DNA of 63,277 nucleotides from Stylophora pistillata (Eukaryota): NCBI RefSeq assembly GCF_002571385.2, contig NW_019217917.1, positions 583,240 to 646,516 of the forward strand, read 5' to 3'. Shown piece by piece: positions 50,361 to 62,630 of this stretch (position 1 is its first letter; each line of letters starts with the position of its first letter). The notes under the pieces were generated by a model. It saw only the letters and a program-made list of their open reading frames with translations, ran no database searches and was not told where the DNA came from. The position numbers and the translations under genes were made by a program.

Positions 50361-50744
50361 TCATAGTCCGTTAGGGACACTGAGAGAGAGTTCTACGACA
50401 CTTACCCTGTGCATCTCGGTTATAGTACTCATCATACAGGCGTTCCTGCATGCTACGATACTTCCCCAAGACATCTGTAAACACCGAGTAAACATTCTCA
50501 TGTAAATACAAAATGCGCACTCCGAAGGAGAAATCAAGCAAAACTGGTACAAACCTGGGTTTCTTTCGACCGGATCGCGGCGAAGCAGATATCCATCATA
50601 GGCAGATTCGTCAAAATCGGCGTTTTCCTTCGGGATAAAATCGCGACTGTAATCATCGACGTCTTCGTAAAAAGTGTTCCTCAACGGCAACGCCGTTGTC
50701 AGAGCGAAAGCCGCGAAAATCAACACGAGAACGATTTTCAGCAT
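50361..50744 (-). CDS. Secreted cysteine-rich pre-pro-peptide, unknown family (127 aa, intronless)
   Basis: AAAATG start; signal peptide MLKIVLVLIFAAFALTTA; acidic pro-region; dibasic RR; six-Cys domain. Confidence 0.8.
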   Translation of the reverse strand: MLKIVLVLIFAAFALTTALPLRNTFYEDVDDYSRDFIPKENADFDESAYDGYLLRRDPVERNPGLYQFCLISPSECAFCIYMRMFTRCLQMSWGSIVACRNACMMSTITEMHRVSVVELSLSVPNGL

Positions 50745-53308
50745 TTTGATAAATTCTTGCTCTACCAGAGATGTTATCTCTTCGTTTCACGAGTGTCTAC
50801 TTGATCTGAGAACAACTTTCGCTAAAGAAGATCCGTGAGATTTAAAGCTCCACGCGGTCGTCTCAGAGGTCACAGTGATGTCGCCGTCTCGATGTACTTC
50901 AGTAATTCCTGAAAGTTTTTGGCGCTTGAATATTAAGATTCACAAATTTGCGTAACAAAGCACCTGCTCTCAGTATGCTATTTTAATTTCAAAGGTTCAT
51001 AATATACTGCAGATGTGCTTTCCGTATTAGGGTGACACGTGGTCACATCGCCAGCCTATCAAAAACACACTTGGAGAAGTGACAAAAAGAATGTTTGTCT
51101 TGGGCCAAAACAACGATTCACGAATCATTTTTTTTAACGGTGAACACATTATCAATTCCATCTGATTGAATTTCGTTATTCTTATCTCCAGATAGGAAAA
51201 AGAAATTCAGACATTACTGATAAATCCTAAGGTGAAAATCCCACTATGTTGAACTCTAGGAGGGAAAGATTGGACCCGTATATTTAATCTTAAAGCGTAT
51301 AAATTTATCAAACATTTCCTATGAGTTTGCGCAGAAAAGTTTTGCTGACTGTCGTGTACGTAGGCGGAAATTGGTATCTGCCTCCCTTTCTTTTGTTTAT
51401 GATTGTGACTATTTTTTAACGCATGACAGAGATCAGTGAAGGACCCACTTGTAAGTTGGACTAGAAATGCGATATCTCGCGGGAAGACTTACGTCACTCA
51501 GGTTTTTTCCTCGCGCCTCCTTAACGCAAGCGGGGAAAACGATTGAAAACGTTGCGCATAGGCTAATATATATGGAATCTCAAATAACATCCTAGTTTGG
51601 TGCATGCATGACATAAAAAGTGTAAGCTTAAAAAAATTTCAGCCGCTATGAAACGAAAATAGATCAATACATGATGAAAGAGATACCGAGTTTGCTATTT
51701 CTCGAATATGATGGCTGGTGATATTTAACCTGAAATTAAAATATTGAACTGCAAGGCCAATTATATCAGTACCAACATAAGAATTAGTTATACTTGATTT
51801 AAGCATTATATGTTAACAGGAACTGTTCAAGTTTAAAAATGGGGTTTAAAATCTGAAAAAAATAAAGCTTCAATCATTTTCTTTTTTGTCGTTGGTTCAT
51901 GATCTATCTCCCTTTCGTTGGTAATTTTTTCTTTTTAACAGATCAAGAATCTCATTTATCAAACGACTGATTTTTCTCCAATGATTTATGTTGACTTGAT
52001 TTGAAATTTTTATTTCTTGCAACTTAACCAAGCGCTTCCTTACCGATAGAATAATTTTTCCCACTCTGATAAGCTTAAAATGCTGGTCATGATGTTTTTT
52101 TCTTCAGTCTGCATGCATGGCGGAGACGATATCCATGCAGTAAGCCTTACTCGTTAAAAATTGTTTCTTACAAAAGATTCACTCCTAAAACGAATACATT
52201 CGATGAATTTCGAAACTTTTAACCCGATCTAAACTCCACGAAAAGTTTTGCTCGTACGCAATGGATCTAACACGTCGCGTGAACTAAACATGTCCTGGTT
52301 AAAACCAAGGAATATCCTAGGGAAAAATAAAACCGAACAATGTCCGAGGGACATTCCTTTGGCGATATTAACATTTTATAAAATGAGTCAGTCAGTTCCA
52401 GCAGTGATGATGTTTATTTATCTTTTTAATTTTAATCATAACCACACAAAGGACACCGCTTACAATACTTACAGTAACTACGTTGAGGATGCTTACACAG
52501 AATTCGCTACGTACACTCTACATTGCGTTGATTATTTCGTACTCTGGACCAAAGCAAGCCAGAGCATGATCTTAATCTTTCGTATGCACATACTCATATC
52601 CTTATGCAACCTATATATGGTCGCCTTACTACCTTTTTGGGCTCGAATTTCTTACGCAGACGAAATGAATTTAGCGGCAAGGCGCAAGTGGGACACAGAA
52701 AATACAAAATATTGAAATTAAAACTTTTTCAAAAAGCCTCTTTGAAAAAACTCATTGTTATATGCTTGTACCCTAAGCTGTACTTCACAAGACATTCAGT
52801 ATTAAGACGGAAAAAAAAAAAAAACTCGACGCAGCACTGAACAGACTATAATTATATATCATTAGGTATATAAGATGATCAAAGGTGATCGTAAAACTTC
52901 AACAAGGCTGGATCCTTTATATGTTACCAGCAACTATATAGTTCAGTCACCATGCTCAAAAAATACAAGGCTTTTTTTAGTTTTCAAAGAACTTCCTGTT
53001 CTTTGAAAATAATTAGGACTTAAAAAATAGCACTCCATCCAGGATAACTCATCCACGAACTTTCATCGGTGGAAACATATGCTCTTATGAATATTTGTCT
53101 TTGTCACTTAATGAATGCTCATTGTTTTCTTTGAGCTTGGCTCTCAAGATCAGTATTCAGTGGCTAAGGAGTTGGATTCGCTGTTACGGGCAGATAGAAA
53201 AGAGCACGCACGATCTGGTGAAAATCGAAAATTGGACTTGTAATGGTAGTGATAAGGTCGAAGGAATCAGCGTCGAAACAACCGGAACTTTTCCATTTAT
53301 TTTGATNG

Positions 53309-55075
53309 TGTTGTTGGTGTGTCTAGTAATCTGTACCACTGCCTTGGTTCATGTTGAGATCATAAACCAGCGAGTTCATCATGTTAAAGATGTTATTGCG
53401 GAACTGACGCAAACTTATGACTCGATTAAAGATACCAATGATGCAAGCAGCTTTAGAAAATCTAAAAGGCCTTATTCCGTTGGAGAACCTGGCTGCCACA
53501 TCTCCAAAGAGGGACAAGGTGCGATGAAAGGTATTCCTTCGACATTGTGTTTTGTTTTGAATCATCAGTCGCACTACAATAGGTTGATTCTGTGCTTTCT
53601 GCTCAGCTCAGTAAACTCGAAATCCGTTTACCAACACAAAATGAAACATGGTAAAATGCGTTCAGTCCCAGACAGACCTTTCATCTCGTTTAGTAGATGT
53701 ATCTCTTTCGTAGATTTTGTTTTCGTTTTTGGCTGATTTTTCTACGAATTGTGATGACTGGTAACATGACCTTGGATTCACCTTATCTGTTACCCGTTAA
53801 TTCTTAACCATTCATCATTAATGCTTTTAGCGAGCAATTAAGAATAACAATTAAATAGCGATAGTGAAGAACAATTTAAAGTTTGCTTCGTTATATTTTT
53901 CTTTTGTAAGATCTCAGATCTGTAGAATGTTCTTTTCTTTTTACATAAGTTTCCTCTCGTGCTGAAGTGATTAGCTGTGCACGTGGCCGTAGGGTAATGG
54001 AATGACAGGAGGTCAATTTCCTGAAATAAAAAGAATCTAAAACTGCATTCAATGCTTGTATGTAAACATGCAGTATCTTCAAGGTAGAAACGAAGATGTC
54101 AAAAATTCTTGATCCTTTGTCGATAGGCACTAGGGAACAACGTTATTTATCGCCAGAGGAGATCGAAGGGGGGTCACATAGTTTTCAGAGGGATGAGATC
54201 GATTATAGAAAAATTCTGTTCACCTGATTGTGTGATATATACAAAAAGTTAATCTGTGATACCGGAATTTATCACCGGTGATGTACTCAGTATACTGTAG
54301 GAGGCATATCCATCGGTGAATGCGGAAATTATAAGCTCAAATATCAAAGTATAAAAAGTACAATTTAAGGCCTGAGATGTTAATTACGTTTACGTTGATC
54401 GCTTAGAATTCAAACATGCAAATCTCAACGATAGTCTCAAGATCTCAGATCGATAAAAAATGGCTTTTTTTTTCAAATGGGAAAATGACGACAACGTTAG
54501 GTCAAAATCTTTCTTTTCTTCGCCAGCGCGCATTGACAGAGTTCGCCGATTTTCAGCGGAATCTGGAGCCAAACCAGATCAAATTACCATGGTGGCAATC
54601 AGAAATGAGATCAACAAAACCTTACACTCGCTATCATTCTGTTCACGGAGAGAAAAAATATGCGTGTAAGGACCGCCGGGAATGCAAGGACTCAGAGGAT
54701 CCCGAGGGTGAAGAGGACCAGGTGGAGCCCAGGGAAGAAAAGGATCACGTGGTATCAGAGGAGAACCAGGATCGTACGGAAAGCAGGGAAAAGTCGGACC
54801 ACCGGGTCAAAGGGGAGAGCAAGGGTTAAAAGGAGTCCCGGGTCCCACGGGCCACCCGGTGCCAAAGGAGAACCCGGAGAATCCATTTCATCCCTCGTGG
54901 TTGTGGTGTCACCGAGCGGGCAAACGGTTAAAGAAAATCAAAGTGCAGTGTTTCAGTGTTCCGCTAGAGGAAATCCTAAACCGACTGCGTCATGGCTAAG
55001 GTCAAATTCATCTGCATGGAACAGTCGTTTCATTTCTGGTCCTGATGGGAAGCTAGAGATGCACGACATGATTGA
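53309..55075 (+). pseudogene. Type II transmembrane collagen-Ig protein pseudogene
   Basis: TM exon (LVCLVICTTALVHVE..., donor after 53530); second exon with furin site RVRR, then Gly-X-Y repeats GPPGMQGLRGSRG*RGPGGAQGRKG..., then Ig I-set VVVSP..FQCSARGNPKP..W. Stops at 54667 and 54709 and a frameshift near 54852. Confidence 0.8.
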
Positions 55076-55351
55076 GGGCTTTACTAATAGAGATTTTCCC
55101 TCGTATAAGCCTTTTTTCGTTATCTGGTTGAAGAATCCTACTTAATGCATCACCTTTTTCCGCAATCATTTTCTTCATTATACAATGGAAGAGACTATTG
55201 TTATTATTCATGGAAGCATGAATATCTCCTAACAATTCCTTTTAAGCTCCTCCACGCGTTCAGCTCGTTCGAGNCGGTAAAAATGGGTAAGTTAAAGGAA
55301 CTTGTTTTCGCTTAACGTTTCTCAAAGGAACAAAATGTTTTGGAGAATTCA

Positions 55352-55420
55352 GATACATACATACATACATACATACATACATACATACATACATACATAC
55401 ATACATACATACATACATAC
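55352..55420. repeat. (ATAC)n microsatellite, probable tail of an antisense CR1/L2-type LINE end; similar tails at ~25696 and ~46170
   Basis: Simple repeat abutting an AT-rich 3'-UTR-like segment. Confidence 0.7.
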
Positions 55421-56503
55421 ACTTTAGTGAGCATCCCTGAAAAGGGCTTTTCAGCATCAATATTAAAAACTGTAAAACTTAAAATATTGAATGAAGTAGT
55501 CATATTGTTAATTGTAACTGTTAACCGCAGATAGCTTTCGTTTTAACTTTCTAAGTTACGTTTTGTGAACGATAAAAAAAATTACGAAGGGTTTTTTAGG
55601 CAGCGTGTCAATCCGTTTAAAAGCAAGTTTAGTACTACAAAATTGATTTCAAAATCAATTTCGCGGAAACATCAGTGATTTGAGGGAGGGAGAGAAGAGA
55701 ATATTAATGTTATTTATTGGCTAAAGGTCGTGACCGAAGTCTTTGCTTAAAAATGCTTCCCAGCCTGTAAAACAAGATATATTTATGAAAAATCGCAATG
55801 AAGCTAGAGATGTTCTCCAATGTGATTCAACACGAAACCGACACAGCCTGCTCACGAACCGAGAAAAAATAATGCAATATATTTTGGTTTTATCAGATCT
55901 TAAGTCTGACGAAGGGCTAATAGTCGAAACGTTAGTTCTAGAACTTCCTTACGGCGGCTAATTTACATTATCATCATCTCAGTTGATAAAACCAGGTTAT
56001 CTCCAGGTCTGGCGAACTATGGCCATCTGATTACTAACAATTCAAGACAACGGGGACTAGCTTACTCGGGCAAATATGGTAAGCACATTTTGACATTAAC
56101 GGGAGCCGTCTTATTAACTAGACAACATCAGTGACACTTAACCCCAAACTTCTAACCTCTTATTCTCCCAAAGCCGTCATACCTTTCCTTCTATTTTCAG
56201 CTCAGTTTCGACACGTTGGATTTTATTCCAGTCCAAACATGACTTTTGGCCTTAACTCCCTCTAATGACTTTGAATTTTGTCAGCCATCCGGTAACATCG
56301 AGCTGTTAATCTGTACAACTGTCAACAACAAATTCGCATTTCAAGATCTCAGATTTCATATTTCAAGATCTCAAGATTTCATATTTGTCTACGAGTAACC
56401 TAAAAGATAATGATCCGTCTAGGCTTGTCTTGGCTTGCATTTTCCTCCCCACACTACAAATAACATTGCGCGTTACACGAGCAATCAACAACACAGCTTC
56501 GGT

Positions 56504-56797
56504 ATGTCCGAGAAAAAAAAAACCACTCTTCGGTTGGCGATATGCAGGGCTGTCGATCTTGGTTTGTTTGTCCGGTATCGTTGGTGTGTTCACTAATGTG
56601 TACCACTGCCTTGGTTCGTGTTGAGATCAGAAACCAGCGAGTTCATCATGTTGAAGATGTTATGGCGGATATGAGGCAAACTTATGACTCGATCAAGTCT
56701 ACCAAAGATGGAAGCAGCTTCAGAAACTCTAAAAGCCCTGCGTATGTTGGAGGACGTGACTACCACATCTCTAAGGAAGGACAAGATGCGATGAAAG
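56504..56797 (+). pseudogene. Paralogous first exon of the TM-collagen-Ig gene
   Basis: CTTALVRVEIRNQRVHHVEDV..HISKEGQDAMK|GT parallels 53309-53530. ATG 56504 is out of frame across an A10 run. Confidence 0.7.
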
Positions 56798-57053
56798 GTA
56801 TTCCTTTAACATTTCCTTTTGTTTTGAATCATCAGTTGCACTACAAGGGGTTAATTATAAATGCAGAATAAAAAATTCTAAAATGCGTTCAGTCCGAGAA
56901 TTGTCAAAGGAATACCTTTCATCGCATCTTGTCCTTCCTTAGAGATGTGGTAGTCACGTCCTCCAACATACACAGGGCTTTTAGAGCTTCTGAAGCTGCT
57001 TCCATCTTTGGTAGACTTGATCGAGTCATAAGTTTGCCTCATTTCCGCCATAA
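56660..57053. repeat. Long inverted repeat, arms 56660-56811 and 56902-57053
   Basis: About 152-bp arms with 4 mismatches by eye; 90-bp spacer. Confidence 0.9.
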
Positions 57054-57977
57054 GCCGGTGATATATTGGTCTCCTCTCAGCACAAGGTAAAAGAAAATGG
57101 TTAGAAAACTGACACGTATGTAGAAATCACTTGCATATTTTATCCGAGGTTTATTGCATAGGGTGGTGGGTAAGACCTACTCCACGATGTTCCGAGAAAT
57201 TCTTTACTTATTAATGAACACTCTATATACTGCTCGCCCGTTGTCATCTTATTCTTATTATTGAATACAGTTATCATTCTCATATTTTTTTATTATCGTT
57301 AAACGTGCGACATGTAAGTTAGTTCTGAGCGATTCTCTTGCTCGCTGCTACCGGACGTAAGGCGCAGTTTTTTAACGAATGATTTAACGACTACAGTAGG
57401 TGATTTGAATGGCTGCCTGGATTTATTGTCACCGAAAAGGGTTTCTAATTGGTTGAATGGGTGTCAAAAGAAAAATGAGGTATTATTTGATGGTAAGAGT
57501 TGGTCACGCAACAAAATAAGAAGTGAAGGGCGCGGTAACCCTACCTGTGAAATTTTGCTTGTAAATCCGGGCTATCTTTGACCCGCATGCTAGGGTAACC
57601 CTAGCACAAGGGTTACCCTCCTTGCTTGTAAACAGGGCCTAAACAAGATGCGATGAAAGGTATTCCTTTGACATTTCCTTTTGTTTTGAATCATCAGTCG
57701 CACTACAAGGGGTTAATTATAAATGCAGAATGAAAAATTCTAAAATGCGTTTAGTCCGAGACAGACCGACACAGGAATCGTTTTCATAGAGTTTGTTTTC
57801 GTTTATTTCAGACCGGCTTTTATAAGTAGCATACGCAAAATAGAATTTAAATTACAAACAAAATGACACCTTTGTACGAAAAAAAGCGAAACGGAACAAA
57901 TTATACATTTCCAACCTCCTCTACATCGTGACCAACTAGTGCTTACCAGAAAAGCCCATTGGATGACACAAATATTT

Positions 57978-58275
57978 AACAACTATTCACCGAAGTGGAG
58001 GTGGTTAGTGGTGGATATTTACCGAGCTGCGAAGCGGCGAGGTAAATATCCACCGCTAACCAGTGACACTGAGGTGAATGGTTGTTTTAGTATATACTAA
58101 AAAAGTGAGATAACCACCAAAATTGATTTGAGTGATTTCTTCGCTTGTCACGGATACAAACCGGCACGCCAGTTTTTCCCGAGTTGCTCGGAGGTAAATA
58201 GCAACGGATGTTCGGAGTTCGACTAGCCAAACAGAGCACGCCTTCAACGCTATCCAATGTTTTAGTATCTACTAG
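57978..58275. mobile_element. Palindromic non-autonomous repeat with GCGAAGC-capped hairpin
   Basis: GGTGGATATTTACC-GAGCTGCGAAGCGGCGA-GGTAAATATCCACC inside longer arms; repeated GTTTTAGTAT.TACTA. Confidence 0.6.
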
Positions 58276-58713
58276 TCATGCTTATTCCACATGGCTTCAA
58301 CAAACGATGTGAATTTCGATAAAAAAATCGCATCAACTAAAACAATTAATTCGACCATTTTGTAAGTTCTTGCTTGGTAAAGGAATTGTTACTTGTTTAG
58401 TTCCTATCCTCATTAATTTGGTGCAAATAGCTTCAATTTTTGTGTAATTACTCTTGGTTTCAGGTGCTTACAGTATTATCTAGGGGCTCTGCTTTAGGAC
58501 TTCGTTATGGCCTTCACATGATTATTCAGAGGCCCTTAGCGGGGAATGCGATGTATGTCTCACCTGCAACCACTAATTGTTAGTTAATTAATTGATTGAT
58601 TGATTGATTCATTGATAAACTTATTCATTAAACTTTCATTTGCTACCTAATTTATTGATACAGGTTCCAAGAAACAAAAAAAAAACAGTGGGCTTAGTGT
58701 TGATTATTTCCAG

Positions 58714-61700
58714 TGCAACCGTTGTGGGAGTTACAGGCTATGCACGACTGGAAAGAGAAGAGGAAAGCCTCAAGGTAATAGTTCAGGTCAACGAAAGAAA
58801 TTCCTACTTTGTACGCATGTCATCTCAAAATGTCTGTTTCAAAACTAAGAGAAACCTAAAAATTACCTGTCATAAACATCATTTTCATTTATCAATGCTA
58901 CAGGAGATATTTATTTACCTCTCTTTCTGCGTATCTTTCGGCCATCTGTCTGTCTTTTTCTATCAATGATGTATCTTTACTTTATTGAACCAAACTTGCA
59001 TTTAGTGTTAATAATGGAATACTCTGTATTTTACTTTGAACAGGAACCTGTAGGATAGAGAGGAACTATACGTGCACATTTAATGTATCTAAACTAACGG
59101 ATGGCAGAGTAAAAGTGGAGATCTGCTATACCCAAGGCCCATCATGGCCACACGAGGGACATCCAGCATGTTGGGCTACCAAAAGGAAAAAGGCAAGGGC
59201 TTGCGGCAGAAATTCAACAGGGGGTTCAGAGAGAGAAAATTATTGACAACACAAGAGAAAGTGTAGTGAAGAATAACTTCTCACGGCATCACCTGTTGTA
59301 AAAAAAGGATCTGCTGAACATTGAGAGAGTTTTCGGTCTGAAAGACTTTCAGCGTCACAGCAATGATCAAGATAGTGTGTTGGCGTGGATTACGGAATGG
59401 GAACAGTCAGCAGATACCAACCCCATACTCTTCTATAAGTCCAAGGATGAAATGGTGGGGGGAATTTTTGTTAATAATACAGAGTGCTTTCACGGGTTTA
59501 TTACGAATCAACTTAACGGCCTGCTCCCAGTTGGCTTGTTAGCTCAATTGGTAGAGCGCTGCACTAGTATCGCAGCGGTCAGTGGTTCGAATCCCGTACA
59601 GGCCTGAGTTTTTTCAGGTCTGATTTTCGCAATTGCTTAAATAGCGCTATCTACTGCGAGGATCGTGCATCATTCGTATCTAATACCGCAGTTCAAAACA
59701 TATGAACTTCATATATTTCATTGTATCTGACAGAGTGCTTTTATAAGGCACATGCTTCAGAAATTTGGAACCAAAGGTGTTTGTTGTGACAGTACCCATG
59801 GTACCAACACCTGCGACTTCCTTCTCACTACATGCCTCGTGCTATATGAGTATGGCGAAGGATTTCCTGCTGCATGGTGCCTTTCTAATCATGAGGATTT
59901 CACCACCATGTGTACTTTCTTTCGTAAAGTAAAAAGGAACTGCACTGGTTCCATCACGAGCACATGGTTTATGAGTGACATCGCCCCACAATACTACAAC
60001 ACGTGGATGGGAGTTATGAATGATGTCCCACGGCCCCAGAAGCTGTTGTGCACGCGGCACGAGGATAAGGCCATAACCATGGAGCTNCTACCAAAAGGAA
60101 AAAGGCAAGGGCTTGCGGCAGAAATTCAACAGGGGGTTCAGAGAGAGAAAATTATTGACAACACAAGAGAAAGTGTAGTGAAGAATAACTTCTCACGGCA
60201 TCACCTGTTGTAAAAAAAGGATCTGTTGAACATTGAGAGGGTTTTTCGGGCTGAAAGAATTTCAGCGTTACAGCAATGATCAAGATAGTGTGTTGGCGTG
60301 GATTACGGAATGGGAACAGTCAGCAGATACCAACCCCATACTCTTCTATAAGTCCAAGGATGAAATGGTGGGGGGACTTTTATGTTAATAATACAGAGTG
60401 CTTTTATAAGGCACATGCTTCAGAAATTTGGAACCAAAGGTGTTTGTTGTGACAGTACCCGTGGTACCAACACCTGCGACTTCCTTCCCACTACATGCCT
60501 CGTGCTATATGAGTATGGCGAGGGATTTCCTGCTGCATGGTGCCTTTCTAACCATGAGGATTTCACCACCATGTGTACTTTCTTTCGTAAAGTAAAAAGG
60601 AACTGCACTGGTTCCATCACGAGCACATGGTTTATGAGTGACATCGCCCCACAATACTACAACTCGTGGGTGGGAGTTATGAATGATGTCGCACGGCCCC
60701 AGAAGGTGTTGTGCACGCGGCACGAGGATAAGGCCATAACCATGGAGCTCAGAAAGAAGATTGGCGACTTATTTACCGAAGCAGAGATCTACAAAGTGTT
60801 CCGTACAGTCATAGAGCAGACGAACAAATCATTATTCGATGACCGTCTGCGAGCCCTTCTCCACCGGTTGAGTCTCTTCTCTAAGACTACCGCTTTCCAT
60901 AAGGACTTTGTGCGTGATTGGGCCCATCGGAAGCATGAGTGGGCATATTGTTTCAGAAATGGTCTCGGAATCAACACAAAAATGTTTGTGGAAGCCTTCT
61001 ACAGAGTTTTGAGATAAGGATATCTAAAAAGGGAAAGTAAACAAACGCTTAGACAACTGCATACTTAATTTATGAAAATTTGCTCGCGACAAGACCTTCG
61101 ATCGACTACTCAAAGTAACCAAGAGGAAGTCTACAAATCGAGTAAATATGATAGACGATCGTCACTTACGGAGCCTGTCCTTAGCTGTTTTGTCTGTTAA
61201 CTACGAGGAAGATGATATATGGACGATTTTTGGAGAGGACGGTAGAAGTTCGTATTAAGTCTGCCGAATAGCAAGCGCTTGTGAGGAAACAAGTTGTGGG
61301 TTGAGATGCCAGGAGTGGTGCATTTGTGTCAATCTCTATGTCTGTAACTGTCACGACAGCTTAATTACAAGCACTACTTGTAAACACATACATCTCGTGA
61401 ACAAATGTTTAAATGGCTAAGTTCCTAAAGACAACCCTAGTCTGTTCACACGCCCAGAAAATGGTTCCATGGATCCCGACTACCGGGAAGCATTTAGTGA
61501 TACCGCATACTACGACAGCACCAATGATATGAACTTTCTACGAGACTGTCTTAATAAAGCAACTGTGAACGAGAATGGGGAAAGTACAAGGGAGAGGACG
61601 AAACGATCCCTTAGAGCGAAATTGCTTAGAATGATCAGTGACGTTGAAGTCTGTGAAGATGAAGATGTACTGCAACTGTTAGAGAAAAGTATCAATTCTT

Positions 61701-61843
61701 CTCATAGTTTGTTCACTTCGTTGATGCAACAAAAAGGATACGACAAGTACACTGTCGGCTGCTGTACCTGTGTTTGCACTGCCGGTGCGAAAGCTGAACT
61801 GACCAGTCCCAAGGTCAGTTATCTCTCCACTAAATTGTATTAG
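58714..61843 (+). pseudogene. Mutator-like (MULE) transposase with SWIM zinc finger, degenerate and partly duplicated
   Basis: N-terminal CNRCG..PQGTC..HHGH; MULE core CDSTHGTN, GEGFPAAW, WFMSD, LCTRHEDKA, NTKMFVEAF; SWIM YVCNCHD..CKHIH (~61337-61399); several stops and frameshifts. Confidence 0.85.
59491..59729 (+). mobile_element. tRNA(Thr)-containing repeat family A insertion with 12-bp TSD
   Basis: TSD ACAGAGTGCTTT at 59479-59490 and 59730-59741; empty site in the duplicate near 60393; tRNA-like 59533-59605 with AGT anticodon. Confidence 0.9.
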
Positions 61844-62259
61844 TGCCGACCAACTTGCAGAAGTAGACGGAGTTTGTACAGCGCTTGAATGCTGCGTTTG
61901 CTACTGTCTTCCAACCTTTGGAAAAGCGATAGGTGCTTCTTAACTTGTGACCTCGTGGCCTGCTAATTCTATAGGATAACTTAGATGAATGCGTCAACCA
62001 AAAACCAAGTTCACTACATAACACATACAAAGTTTTGTTCGCTATGTCGTGAAACTCAACGCCTCTGTATTCTTTTACTTTGGGGATCAAAATCAATTTT
62101 TCGCTGAAATGTTGGTTGTTTCCCTATCGGAAGACTAGCCCCGCTATGCAAATTATACATTCCTCGTTTTCCGAATTTTCTGTCGATCTTAACTTTTTTA
62201 TACCCCTTTAAGTGGTATATCGCTGCGCCGTTCCGTCCGCGATCACTGCACGTGAACAT

Positions 62260-62630
62260 TATCTAACAAATGGTAAACACCTTAGCGTACACTGTTGAAT
62301 TATGGTGCACGCGGGAGGTTGATAGGTACGAAAGAGGTGCAAGAATCGCGCGAGACGATAGCCGAGAGCGACTCTACCTTCTTGAGTGCTTAGCAAACCT
62401 CCCAAGTGCATCCATAACTCAATAGTGTACTTTGTGGCGTTTGATACATTAATACATCGTACCAAAAGAGTTTTCTTTTATTTAACAAATCTTACATGAC
62501 CAGAAAAAACAAGCGCGTGCGGAGACTAGTCTTTTCATTTGCTCACGTCAGCAGCGTACACCCACGGGCAAATGGCCGGGTGGACGTTGAATTGACCAAT
62601 CAGAGCGCGCGCTTTACTTTGGTTATGTTA
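62260..62630. mobile_element. CCAAT-containing dispersed repeat; relatives at ~43990-44195 and ~24190-24400
   Basis: Shared GCCGAGAG..ACTCTA hairpin region and ACCAATCAGAG..G..CTTT..TTTGGTTATGTTA terminus. Confidence 0.5.

Noticed and set aside
50361-50744. Naming the peptide damicornin, ShK or SCRiP
   Set aside because: Cysteine number or spacing does not match those frameworks.
54416-54829. Charged 137-aa ORF
   Set aside because: It is an off-frame reading of the collagen Gly-X-Y pseudo-exon.
59533-59605. Functional tRNA-Thr gene (also ~11724-11796)
   Set aside because: The T-stem has two mismatches and the sequence lies within a TSD-flanked dispersed repeat.
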